A stretch of 64,000 nucleotides of DNA from Bryobacteraceae bacterium (GCA_052145115.1 JBKQPG010000044.1:2225-66224); one strand, 5' to 3'. Positions 1 to 8,866 are shown, numbered from the stretch's first letter. The notes: a model not told the origin generated them from the sequence alone. Numbers and translations are program-made.

Positions 1-1085
1 CCTCGTCGTCGTCTGATGACATTGAGGGCAGTGGAATGGCGAACTTCAGACCGCCCGTGGTGCCGTCTAAGCCGATAACCTGTGGCGGACCTGGATTCTC
101 GCTCCAGTCCTCCTGAACGGCGAAGACTGTTCCGTCGGTATGGAGGGCCAGGCTCCATTCCAAGTGACTGGTGCTCGGCGCGGTATAGGTCCAGATCGCC
201 TCTCCGGTCGTACCGTCCAACCGCGCGATCGAGCCGCCCCCGGACCCCCACCCCAGGGTAACCAGACCGCCCAGGAAATCTGGAAGGACGTTGGAAGCCT
301 GGCTCACGTCGGCAGTCCAGGCTGTTGTTCCGTCGCTCGTGATGGCCTGGACCGTGCCGTCACCCTGGAAGGCGAAAACGTCCGCCGCTCCGGTTGGGCT
401 GGGTACGGCAGGCACAATCTGGTAGACGCCCGATGCATTGCCGGGGTTGGACCAGAGAATCGTGCCCAAAGGCAGCGGATCGGCAGAGACGGTGACATCG
501 GCCGAGGCGTTACCCGCCGTTATCGTGACGTGGCCGGCGGCGACAGCGGCAAGGAGGGGCGGGTCGTCGGTCGAGAGGCTGACTACTGTAGTGTCGCTCG
601 ACGACCAGGTAAGTCCGGTGACCGGCTGCCCGCTGGCGTCCAGCGCCTGGATCGCACGCGTATCTCCTGCCATCATGGTGAGAGCGCTCGGCACGAGCGT
701 CTGGGCAGGGACGCCTTCCACTGTCACTGTAAACGCAAGGGCATTGCTCCACGCTCCATTCTGCTGGACTCGCGCGACGCCGGTGACCGAGGCGGATGCG
801 ACCGTGGCGACTATCTGCGTATCACTCCAACTCACCACCACGCCAGCCGTACTGCCCAGGACGACAGTGCCGTTCCCCTGGGAGGAGCCGAAGCCGGTTC
901 CGGTGAATGTCACCGAGGTACCGGCGGCTCCGGAGGCGGGGTCGACGGAGGCAACGTGGAGGGTATTTACGGAAAATGGGACCGCATCGCTCCACACGCC
1001 GCTTTGCAGGACCTGCGCATTCCCGGAGTTTGAACCCGTGGCCACAAGGGCAACCACCTGAGTGTCACTCCAGCTTTGCACTGTG
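1..1085 (-). CDS. Continuation of the same surface protein in another frame (more IPT/TIG repeats, a Big_2-like domain, a beta-propeller-like C-part); runs off the window start
   Basis: My own translation of the minus strand (codon low positions = 2 mod 3) gives TVQSWSDTQVVALVATGSNSGNAQVLQSGVWSDAVPFSVN...GTGFGSSQGNGTVVLGSTAGVVVSWSDTQIVATV...LTMMAGDTRAIQALDASGQPVTGLTWSSSDTTVV. It is open to position 1. It is absent from the ORF track because it leaves the window. Confidence 0.7.
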
Positions 1086-1778
1086 CCCGGGGGCCGTGCC
1101 AAGCAAGACCTGACCGGCACCTTGGCTCGATCCGAAGCCAGAGCCAGAGATCGTCACGCTGGTGCCTGGCACGCCGCTAGTAGGAGCAACAGTTGACACC
1201 GTCGCGGTATTCACGCTAAACGGCACGGAATTCGAGATCGCTCCGAGTTGTTGAACTTGAACCGATCCAGAAATAGAGTTCGCGGCAACGGTGGCGACAA
1301 TCTGAGTGTCGCTCCAGCTGACGACTGCACCCAATGTACTGCCGAGCCAGACGAATCCGGCGCCCTGCGTCGCTCCAAAACCGGAGCCAACGACTGTGAC
1401 TGTTGTGCCGGCCTGCCCGGCCGTCGGAGACACGGAGGTGATGCTTGGGACCGCTGTCACGATGACGTAGGTCGCCGTGCTCACGGGGCTGTTGTCCATA
1501 CCGCTGGCGTAAGCGATTGCGTTGACGGTGGTCGTCGTGCTTATCTTGAACGGGCCAGTATAGAGCGCGCCCACGGTGTCGCTGGGCGTGGTGCCGTCAG
1601 TGGTGTAGTTAATCGATGCCCCACTGGTGGCAGTAGTTAGCGCTATCGTGCGGGCCGTGGTGTAGGTCCCGCTTCCGGGACTGAATGTTGGCGCTACAGC
1701 GGTGTCCGCACGGACTACCGGGAATCCGACTAACACCATACCAATATACAGTATGGATGAACACATAAAGCTTTTCAC
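1065..1778 (-). CDS. N-terminal part of a large secreted surface protein (signal peptide, chitobiase/Fn3-like domain, IPT/TIG repeats); the frame ends prematurely at 1065
   Basis: ORF starts MKSFMCSSILYIGMVLVGFPVVRA (signal peptide). Next comes a PTFSPGSGTY...INYTTDGTTPS segment typical of the chitobiase/hexosaminidase C-terminal-like domain. Repeated SV(S/A)PTSG..GT.VT..GSGFG..QG.G modules are IPT/TIG-like. Confidence 0.75.
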   Translation of the reverse strand: MKSFMCSSILYIGMVLVGFPVVRADTAVAPTFSPGSGTYTTARTIALTTATSGASINYTTDGTTPSDTVGALYTGPFKISTTTTVNAIAYASGMDNSPVSTATYVIVTAVPSITSVSPTAGQAGTTVTVVGSGFGATQGAGFVWLGSTLGAVVSWSDTQIVATVAANSISGSVQVQQLGAISNSVPFSVNTATVSTVAPTSGVPGTSVTISGSGFGSSQGAGQVLLGTAPGHSAKLE

Positions 1779-2131
1779 TGGGGCCTCCGTACAGTAGTGC
1801 AGCTTGTTGTTATACCAATTGGTTGTTATAAGGAAGTCAGACTGGTTGCTGCCTCCCGAGATCCTAGTAAACTGCTGCCCAAGATATGCTGCCGATTGCT
1901 TCGGCTGTCAATTGGGGAGATCATACTAAGCGAATTTGACTAGAAGCCAAATGATGTAGCTGAGGCGCATCCGCTGTCCCACTGGTGTCGTGATTGTTTA
2001 GATAGAGTGGTTAGGCTTGCGTCCTGCACTCTTTTCGTGCACACCGATATGCATCCGACTCAGCAGTTCTGCGCACTCCTGCGGCTTGCCCGCCCCGGGA
2101 GACCGCCGCAGGCCTGTAATCTTCTGCCTAT

Positions 2132-3292
2132 CTACCCCTTCAGGAACCGCTCGATCCTCGCCGCCGCCTCCATCAGATTCTCCATCGAATTGGCATAGCT
2201 GAAGCGCACGTACCCCTCGCCGTAGGCCCCGAATGCCGTCCCGCTCAAGGCCGCCACGCCGGCCTGCTCCAGCAGCGCATCGGCCAGCGCCTTCGACTTC
2301 CAACCCGTCCCTTCGATGTTGGGGAAAGCGTAGAACGCCCCCTCCGGCAGCGCGCAGCGCAGTCCCGGAATCCCGTTCAGCGCTGCGACAAACGCATCCC
2401 GCCGCCGCCGGAACTCAGCCACCATCGCCTCGGCCGGCTCCTGCGGCCCCTTGAGCGCCGCCAGCCCCGCCCTTTGCGTGAAGCTCGCCGTGCACGAGTT
2501 CGAGTTCACCATCAGCCTGTTCACCGCCTCCACCAGGAACTCCGGCAGCACGCCATACCCCAGCCGCCAGCCCGTCATGGCGTAGGTTTTCGAAAACCCG
2601 TCCAGGATGATCGTCTTCTCCTGCATGCCCGGCATCGAGGCGATCGAAACCGGCGCCCTGCCGTACGTCGTCCGCGAGTAGATCTCGTCCGACAGCACGA
2701 TCGCGTCCCGCTCCCGGAGCATCCCCGCAATGGCCTCGATATCCGCGGCCGGCATCACGCCCCCGGTCGGGTTGGCCGGCGAATTGAGGATGATCATCTT
2801 GGTGCGCGCGCTCAAGCTGTCGCGGAACAGGTTCAGGTCGAAGCTGAAGCCCCGCTCTTCAATCAGCGGCATCGGCACCGGCGTGGCCCCGCAATACTTG
2901 ATCATCGACTCGTAGATCGGGAACGACGGATTTGGATAAATCACCTCGTCGCCCGGCTCCAGCAGCGCCAGCATCGGGAAGAAAATTATCGGTTTCGCGC
3001 CCGGCGTCACGCACACCCGCGCCGCGCTGACCTCGATCCCGCGGGTCCGTGAAACCGTCTCTGCAATCGCCTCCCGCAGCTCCGGAGAGCCCTGCGTCGG
3101 CCCGTAGTGTGTCCAGCCCTCGTCCAGCGCCTGTTTGGCCGCTTCGACAATGTGCCGCGGCGTCGGAAAATCGGGCTCGCCGATCTCCAGGTGGATCACG
3201 CTCCGGCCCTGCGCCTCCAGCGCCCTGGCCCGCACCAGCACCTCGAACGCCGTTTCCGTACCAATCCGCGACATGGCGCTGGCGAGTTTCAT
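2132..3292 (-). CDS. Class I/II pyridoxal-phosphate aminotransferase (aspartate aminotransferase-like)
   Basis: 386 aa. Motifs NSPANPTG and SKTYAMTGWRLGY (PLP lysine present), with EIGEPDF near the N-terminus. Confidence 0.9.
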   Translation of the reverse strand: MKLASAMSRIGTETAFEVLVRARALEAQGRSVIHLEIGEPDFPTPRHIVEAAKQALDEGWTHYGPTQGSPELREAIAETVSRTRGIEVSAARVCVTPGAKPIIFFPMLALLEPGDEVIYPNPSFPIYESMIKYCGATPVPMPLIEERGFSFDLNLFRDSLSARTKMIILNSPANPTGGVMPAADIEAIAGMLRERDAIVLSDEIYSRTTYGRAPVSIASMPGMQEKTIILDGFSKTYAMTGWRLGYGVLPEFLVEAVNRLMVNSNSCTASFTQRAGLAALKGPQEPAEAMVAEFRRRRDAFVAALNGIPGLRCALPEGAFYAFPNIEGTGWKSKALADALLEQAGVAALSGTAFGAYGEGYVRFSYANSMENLMEAAARIERFLKG

Positions 3293-3533
3293 ATCCGTTC
3301 ATCCTTTCAACGCGCGGCCGCCCTGCTTTCAATAGCTCAAAACAAGCCCCACCCGTTCGTGGTGGAAATCCTTCGCGGGTCCCGCCACAGCCCGCCAAAC
3401 CTTACAATTTGACCATAACGCCGCTCCGCCCCACTTGCACGTTTCCGGACCCCAAAACCGGGAAACCGGACCGCCCCGGTTTCCGGTTCCGGGCTTCTGA
3501 GCGGGCGCGTAGGGTATGTTTGGGTGAGAGCCA

Positions 3534-4067
3534 ATGATCTGGGAGTCCAAATATTGGAAGGCAGATCTGTTGAAGCAGGCGGCAGAATTGAGGCGGAGGA
3601 CCACCCAGAGGCGTTGGCCTGAGGCCTCCAATGCGCGTTGTGAACAGGCAGTCATGCTTGGCTTCTACTCAATCCGCAAACTCATGGATTCAGGGAAGCT
3701 CACCGACGCGGTGGCTAACTCCACAGTCTCTGCGAAGTCCATACCGTGCAAGGTGCCCGTTGTCCACCTTCTCAATGCGCATCGAGTGGACGAGCTTTAC
3801 GACTGGGAAAGGCCCAAGAGGCAGCCGCTCCGGCTTCGGTTCTTATGCAACCAAGTGATTCACAGCTATGTGTTCTTCCTGATCTTCGATGATGAACATC
3901 GTCTAAGTGGATTCGGCGTGAGCTCGGACAAGGACCGTTGTCAGCGGGCCATAACTGTTCCTGTCGCCGAAGTGATTCGACTCTTCATTCAAGTCGGGCA
4001 CGACCACATTGCGTCGGCGAGATATCGGTTCGACGAATCAAAGGGCGACTACACGGTTCTAAGGTGA
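3534..4067 (+). CDS. Hypothetical protein (177 aa), no recognisable motif
   Basis: Clean ATG ORF in a lower-GC (about 53-57%) islet. Non-repetitive, balanced amino-acid composition, unlike the Arg/Ala/Pro-rich shadow ORFs. Confidence 0.55.
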   Translation: MIWESKYWKADLLKQAAELRRRTTQRRWPEASNARCEQAVMLGFYSIRKLMDSGKLTDAVANSTVSAKSIPCKVPVVHLLNAHRVDELYDWERPKRQPLRLRFLCNQVIHSYVFFLIFDDEHRLSGFGVSSDKDRCQRAITVPVAEVIRLFIQVGHDHIASARYRFDESKGDYTVLR

Positions 4068-4081
4068 GAAGGGGCGACCGA

Positions 4082-4789
4082 TCAATGAAGCTCACCCTGC
4101 TCCCTTTTGATCTCCTGCATCGCTTCGCGAACTAGCTTTTCGATCGATTCCCGCCGCAGAACACCTATCACTGTGGAAGTGATGGTCAATCTCAAAATGG
4201 CGTCGACTGGCCGCGATAGCGCATCCTGCACATTAAACGCGAGTTGATTGACGAGGCCACGGCTGAAAACCTTGCCCCCATCCCTTCGCTTCGTACCAGC
4301 GGCGATTCTCTCCAGACTCGAGACGTCGACGCCTTCATCGACAATAACCTCCCGACACCTTGCGTAGTCCAGTTCGGCTTTGTTGTGCGTTTCGACAAAG
4401 GTCGCGTCAATCCCTCTGTTCCAGTCGAACGGAGAATCGTCACCATTGAGCGCAAGTCGTGCCTTTTGGGCCACCAGTGGAACAAGTTTCCGCGGCAACC
4501 GGGCGCTCGCGTCTCGTCCATGTTGCTGGAATGCCATGCGATTCGCAACATGGAGGAAGAAGTAGAGGAACTCGTAATACGCCTCCAACGACAGCAGAGT
4601 GTGCTGGTCTCCCCCATCTACGCGCTCTTGAACTTGCTCGCCTAGAGCGCCAGTGCAGCAGCCGGCACTGTGCGAAATCTCATCGGCCAATCGCCCAACA
4701 GCGGTCCGCTGTCTGTCCAGCCAAGAACTCAACAGCTCCATAGTAGTGTGTCCCAGGACATTTGATATCGAGACCCAAGGCCGCGTCAA
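4082..4789 (-). CDS. Hypothetical protein (about 220-235 aa), no recognisable motif
   Basis: ORF convergent with 3534-4067 in the same lower-GC islet, with plausible globular composition. An alternative start at MELLSSWL is possible. Confidence 0.55.
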   Translation of the reverse strand: MTRPWVSISNVLGHTTMELLSSWLDRQRTAVGRLADEISHSAGCCTGALGEQVQERVDGGDQHTLLSLEAYYEFLYFFLHVANRMAFQQHGRDASARLPRKLVPLVAQKARLALNGDDSPFDWNRGIDATFVETHNKAELDYARCREVIVDEGVDVSSLERIAAGTKRRDGGKVFSRGLVNQLAFNVQDALSRPVDAILRLTITSTVIGVLRRESIEKLVREAMQEIKREQGELH

Positions 4790-4983
4790 CCTGCGAGGCC
4801 GACGATCCGGGGAAAGTACAGCTCTGTCCTAGGCGCTCACAACCCTCCTGATCCACGCACTAAGTCCCCTGCGCCGTGTGGATAGAGCGGTCTGTCCCCG
4901 GTTTTCGCTCCAGCGACCCGCCCCCGAGCCTCGCCGAACTTCCACGTTTCGGGCGCCCGATGCGTCTGGATGTATGAAAGATC

Positions 4984-5628
4984 ATGCCCAGCTGCGTCAC
5001 AATGGTATTGGCAGTCGGTGCCATGGACGAGCCGCTTGAAATCCAGGCTGGCGGTTCCGCCCCCGTCTGGGGCGCGGCCGAGGAGGAGTTCCTGCGCCTG
5101 CACCTCAAGCGCATCTTCCTGCTCATCTACCACATCGTCGGCAACGTCGAGGACGCCCAGGACCTGGCCCAGGAAACCTGCATTAAGGCCCTGCAGCGCC
5201 GCGGCCAGCTCCGCGACCTCGCCAAGGCCGGCCACTGGCTCTCGCGCATCGCCTCCAACACCGCCATCGACTTTCTGCGGCGCCACGGCCGCGCGGCCTC
5301 CATTTCGCTCGACGACCTCGCCCGGCCCCTGCGCGCTCCGGCCGAGCTCGACCCCGAGCAGCAGCTCCTGCGCGCGGAGCGCGTCCGCGGCCTCCAGGCT
5401 GGCCTGAGCCGCCTGACCGAGCGCGAGCGCCTGGCCCTGTTGCTGCGCGATGTCGAGGATCTGCCCGCCGAGGAAGTCGCCGGCGTGCTGAATTGCGGCA
5501 CGGCCACCGTGCGTTCCCACATCGCCAACGCCCGCGTCAAATTCCGGCGCTACCTCGAAACCCGCCCCCAAACCGCGTACCCCCGCCGCGCCGCCGGCGA
5601 TCTGCCTGCCGAGGAGGACCTGGATTAA
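4984..5628 (+). CDS. ECF-type RNA polymerase sigma-70 family factor
   Basis: Region 2 (DAQDLAQETCIKAL, WLSRIASNTAIDFLRR) and region 4 (LTERERLALLLRDVEDLPAEEVAGVLNCGTATVRSHIANARVKFRRYL). Alternative starts at 5002 or 5023. Confidence 0.9.
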   Translation: MPSCVTMVLAVGAMDEPLEIQAGGSAPVWGAAEEEFLRLHLKRIFLLIYHIVGNVEDAQDLAQETCIKALQRRGQLRDLAKAGHWLSRIASNTAIDFLRRHGRAASISLDDLARPLRAPAELDPEQQLLRAERVRGLQAGLSRLTERERLALLLRDVEDLPAEEVAGVLNCGTATVRSHIANARVKFRRYLETRPQTAYPRRAAGDLPAEEDLD

Positions 5629-5629
5629 C

Positions 5630-6232
5630 ATGTCCCTCCTGCGCACCCATCCCGACGCGCCCACGCTGGCCCTGCTGGCCGGTGGCGAGCTCCCCTTCTG
5701 GCCCCGCTCGAGGGCCCGCTGGCATGTCCGCCTGTGCCCCCGCTGCCAGGCCGCGCTGGACCAGTTCCTCTCGTTGCGCGCGGAGCTCCGCGCGGAAGCT
5801 CTCAAAGCGGCCCCGGCGGCCCTCTCCGGCCTCGACTGGAGCGCCTTCGAAGCCGAAATGCGCGCCAATATCCGCCTCGGCCTGACCGCTGGCGCTCTGG
5901 CCGGCCAGCCGGATGGCGCTGCGCCGCCCCTCCCTCCGCCGTCCCTTCCGCTGTGGCGCTGGGCCGCGGTTGGCGCTGCTTTGGTCTTCGTGTTGGGAGC
6001 CGGCTGGTGGCTCGGCGTCCCGCGCCATGCCCCAACGCCCGTCGTTTCTTCGGTGCTGAAGGACGTGGCCGAAGCCGAGCGTCCTCCCGCCGCCCCGGCG
6101 CCCCGTTTCGAACTCCTGGCCCCGGCCTCCGCCGCCGTGCGCACCGAGGCCGATTTTAATGGCGGAACGCACGCCCGCCTGATCGATGGCGACACCGGCC
6201 AGGTCACTTTGCAGCAGGTTTATGCGGAATAA
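5630..6232 (+). CDS. Anti-sigma factor, zinc-binding (ZAS-like) with one TM helix
   Basis: Starts 1 nt after the sigma stop, behind a GAGGAGGA RBS. H-x3-C-x2-C motif (HVRLCPRC). TM segment WRWAAVGAALVFVLGAGWWLG. Confidence 0.8.
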   Translation: MSLLRTHPDAPTLALLAGGELPFWPRSRARWHVRLCPRCQAALDQFLSLRAELRAEALKAAPAALSGLDWSAFEAEMRANIRLGLTAGALAGQPDGAAPPLPPPSLPLWRWAAVGAALVFVLGAGWWLGVPRHAPTPVVSSVLKDVAEAERPPAAPAPRFELLAPASAAVRTEADFNGGTHARLIDGDTGQVTLQQVYAE

Positions 6233-7352
6233 GCGCTCCATCGCCGTCCGGTTGAGCCTGGCCCTGTGGGCCGCCGCAGCCCTCTCCGCCCAGCCCCAGC
6301 CCGGCGCTTACCGTGTCGATCTCCCCTCCGACGCCCCGCTGGCGCTGGTCTCCGCCGACTGGGGCGCCTCGCGCGCCACCCCGCGCGGCGGCGCCATGCT
6401 GCTGGAGCTGCATTCCACCCTGCAACTGAAAAACAGCGGCGCGCGCCGCATCCGCGCCGTCTCGCTGCTGGTCACCGCTCAGGATGCCACCCCCGGCGGA
6501 CGCGCCTCCGTCACCGTGCCCAGCCTCGACATCCCGCCCGGCGAAAGCTTCCCTCTGCGCATCGACCTGCGCCTGGTGCGCCCCCTGCAGACCGCGCCCG
6601 GCGCCGTGGCGGACGTCCAGCTCGATGGGGTTTTGTTTGACGACCTGAGCTTTTACGGCGCCAACCGCATGAACGCCCGCCGCGCCATGCTGGCCTGGGA
6701 ACTCGAGGCCCGCCGCGACCGCAACGCCCTGTTGGCGGTGCTCGAACGCGGCGGCGCCGACTCGCTGCGCGCCGAAATGCTCTCCGCCATGGCCCGCCTG
6801 GCTTCACAGCCCCGACTCGAGGTCCAGGCCGCGCGTCCCGGCCGCGCTACGGCTTTTGAGCCCGAACACGAGGTCGCCCTGGCCGCGCTCGCGCTGCCCG
6901 CCTCGCCGGTCGAATTGCTCGGCGGCTCCATCCGCCTGGCCGGCGACGAGGCCCGCGCCCCGCACCTGCTGCTGCGCAACGTCGGCTCCCGGCCCGTCCG
7001 CTCGGTCGAAGTCTCATGGTTAGTTCGAGATAGCCACGGCCAGGAATACGCCGCCGGGACCCTCCCCGCCGACGTCTCGCTGGCCCCCGGCGAAACCCGC
7101 CCCGCCGCCCGCGACGGCGCGCTGCGTTTCTCCCTGCCGGGCGGCGCCCCGGCCAGCGTCTTGGGCCTGACCGGCTTTGTCAGCTCGGTCGAATTCGCCG
7201 ACGGCGGCCTGTGGCTGCCCACCCGCCAGGCGCTCGACAATCCACGCCTGCGCGGCGTGCTGCCGCTCTCTGGCGAGCAGGAGCGGCTGGTCGAGCTGTA
7301 CCGCCGCAAAGGTCTCGAAGCGGTCGTCCAACAACTCCAGAAGCTGCGCTAG
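6222..7352 (+). CDS. Secreted protein of unknown function with an internal two-domain duplication; third gene of the ECF module
   Basis: The ATG at 6222 overlaps the anti-sigma stop by 11 nt. Signal peptide MRNKRSIAVRLSLALWAAAALSAQ. Two similar segments: LQLKNSGARRIRAVSLLV...PPGES and LLLRNVGSRPVRSVEVSWLV...APGET. Confidence 0.7.
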   Translation: MRNKRSIAVRLSLALWAAAALSAQPQPGAYRVDLPSDAPLALVSADWGASRATPRGGAMLLELHSTLQLKNSGARRIRAVSLLVTAQDATPGGRASVTVPSLDIPPGESFPLRIDLRLVRPLQTAPGAVADVQLDGVLFDDLSFYGANRMNARRAMLAWELEARRDRNALLAVLERGGADSLRAEMLSAMARLASQPRLEVQAARPGRATAFEPEHEVALAALALPASPVELLGGSIRLAGDEARAPHLLLRNVGSRPVRSVEVSWLVRDSHGQEYAAGTLPADVSLAPGETRPAARDGALRFSLPGGAPASVLGLTGFVSSVEFADGGLWLPTRQALDNPRLRGVLPLSGEQERLVELYRRKGLEAVVQQLQKLR

Positions 7353-7712
7353 CCCGGATGTTTCGCGTGCGATCGCAGCGCGGCGCGATGAGAGGGCCCC
7401 AACATCAAGCAACGCCACGAGGCGCGCTCGCGGGAGCCGCCCGCAGGCGTACTTGGCCGCACGTCGAGGAAGGCAACCGAGCGAAACGAAGTAGATGCGG
7501 TCCTATCGCGCGCCGAAGCCACCCCCTCACTGCCGGACCCAACCCGGCCGGTCACGCCTTCTTCCAGGCGAACATATCATTAAGAAACCGCCCCGGCACC
7601 TCCACGCGGCAGTGTCCTGTCGAAATGTCGCGTTTGGCCTCCTGCCCAGCCGCTTCTTGACTGTAAACAATAGACTTACTCCACGCGACACCCTGTCGGA
7701 TCGGGACCGCCA

Positions 7713-7744
7713 AATTCGACACTTGTGTCGAAAAGTGTCGAATT
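7713..7744. repeat. Perfect 12-bp inverted repeat (AATTCGACACTT / AAGTGTCGAATT) with an 8-nt loop
   Basis: Read directly. Arms at 7713-7724 and 7733-7744. The loop GTGTCGAA repeats the 8-mer of the right arm. Confidence 0.9.
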
Positions 7745-7790
7745 CGGCCCCTCGCCGTGCTTAATCTTATCTTCGCCCCACCCCCGGAAA

Positions 7791-7980
7791 CGCTTGACAC
7801 AGCCCTCTATCCTATTGATAGGGATTGACTTACGCAACTCCGGCCTGATCGGCCGCCGAGCGCGCTTTTGCCGTCCGAAGTTCTTTGACAACAGCACATG
7901 AAATGCGCAGAACTATCCTTGGATAGCCATTTCAAGCCAATGAATCTAAAGACCAAACTCGACATTTGGCTTTGTTCCTT
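7791..7980 (-). repeat. Copy C of a non-coding repeat family (see 38346-38500 and 38637-38793)
   Basis: The reverse complement reads GGAACAAAGCCAAATGTCGAGTTTGG..TTTAGAT..GGCTATCC..GGATAG..TCAAAGAAC..GTGTCAAGCG, aligning with copies A and B. It ends 73 nt upstream of the ddpX-like start. Confidence 0.8.
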
Positions 7981-8052
7981 CAAATTTGTTTTTCGCATCT
8001 TCGCCGGTCCGTATTCCCCGCCCGGGCCCGCGCGGACTACAATCCAAGCAGC

Positions 8053-8811
8053 ATGCTCATTCCTCGGTGGATCCTCCCGGCGGCCCTCGCCGCCCTGCTG
8101 ACCCTCAGCCCGGCCTTCCCCCAGACGACGCCTCCGCCGCCCGCCCCGCAGGTCTTCCGCATCCAGCCGGTGCGGCCGGTGGAGGAGCTGCAGCGCCTCG
8201 CCGCGCTCGAGAAGCCGCCTTCAGAAACTGGTTCATTCCTGCCCTTCGATCTGATTGATTTGACAGGACTTGATCCCCTCATCAAGCTCGATATCCGCTA
8301 CGCCACGGCGAACAATTTCCTGGGCACGCCGCTGTACACCGCCGCGCGCGCCTCGCTGCAGCGCTCCGCCGCGGAAGCCCTCGAACGGGCCCATAAACAA
8401 TTGCAAAAGCAGGGCTTCGGGCTGCTGATCCACGATGGTTACCGGCCCTGGTCGGTCACCTGGATCTTTTGGCAGGCCACGCCGCCCGACAAGCACAGCT
8501 TTGTCGCCAACCCCGCCACCGGCTCGCGCCACAATCGCGGATGTGCCGTGGATCTAACACTTTACGACCTCAAAACGGGCCAACCCGTCGTCATGCCCAG
8601 CCTGTACGACGAGATGACCGAACGCGCCTTCCCAACCTACCAGGGCGGTACGGCCGAGCAGCGCCGCCTGCGCGACCTGCTGCGCGCCGCCATGGAGGCC
8701 CAGGGTTTCACCGTGGACAGCGGCGAATGGTGGCACTTCGACTACCAGGAGTGGCGCCGCTACCAGATCGGCAACGTCCCCATCGATTCCATCGCCCGCC
8801 CCAAGCCGTAG
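8053..8811 (+). CDS. D-alanyl-D-alanine dipeptidase (VanX/DdpX, peptidase M15D), secreted
   Basis: Motifs DIRYATANNFLG, SRHNRGCAVDLTL and EWWHFDY. Signal peptide from MLIPRWILPAALAALLTLSPAFPQ (the track ORF is extended upstream to 7966). Confidence 0.85.
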   Translation: MLIPRWILPAALAALLTLSPAFPQTTPPPPAPQVFRIQPVRPVEELQRLAALEKPPSETGSFLPFDLIDLTGLDPLIKLDIRYATANNFLGTPLYTAARASLQRSAAEALERAHKQLQKQGFGLLIHDGYRPWSVTWIFWQATPPDKHSFVANPATGSRHNRGCAVDLTLYDLKTGQPVVMPSLYDEMTERAFPTYQGGTAEQRRLRDLLRAAMEAQGFTVDSGEWWHFDYQEWRRYQIGNVPIDSIARPKP

Positions 8812-8866
8812 TAACCGGGCGTGGAACTGCATTGTATCCGCTGCCGGCCGGGACTATAATCCAGCC

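Noticed and set aside
140-1061. Plus-strand ORFs 140-1033 and 438-1061
   Set aside because: They are antisense to the open minus-strand frame that continues the IPT/TIG/Big_2 surface protein. Their products are Arg/Gly-rich with no domain signal.
4936-4967. ECF-type promoter (GAAC ... CGTC) upstream of the sigma factor gene
   Set aside because: The spacer between GAAC (4936-4939) and CGTC (4963-4966) is 23 nt by my count, well outside the 16-17 nt typical of autoregulated ECF promoters.
4837-6207. 456-aa minus-strand ORF over the sigma/anti-sigma genes
   Set aside because: It is an Arg/Ala/Gly-rich shadow frame opposite clearly motif-bearing genes. The same reasoning applies to 18409-19899(-), 19972-21345(-), 21872-23002(-), 28519-30042(+), 36366-37826(+), 38661-40298(+), 42121-43569(-), 43890-45524(+), 46074-47327(+), 50395-51933(+) and 55371-56423(+).
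7552-7800. 82-aa minus-strand ORF (and other 60-90 aa ORFs) inside the 7353-8052 gap
   Set aside because: It has no RBS, an odd composition, and overlaps hairpin and repeat elements. Repeat copies differ by frame-breaking indels, so the small ORFs crossing them are not conserved as coding.
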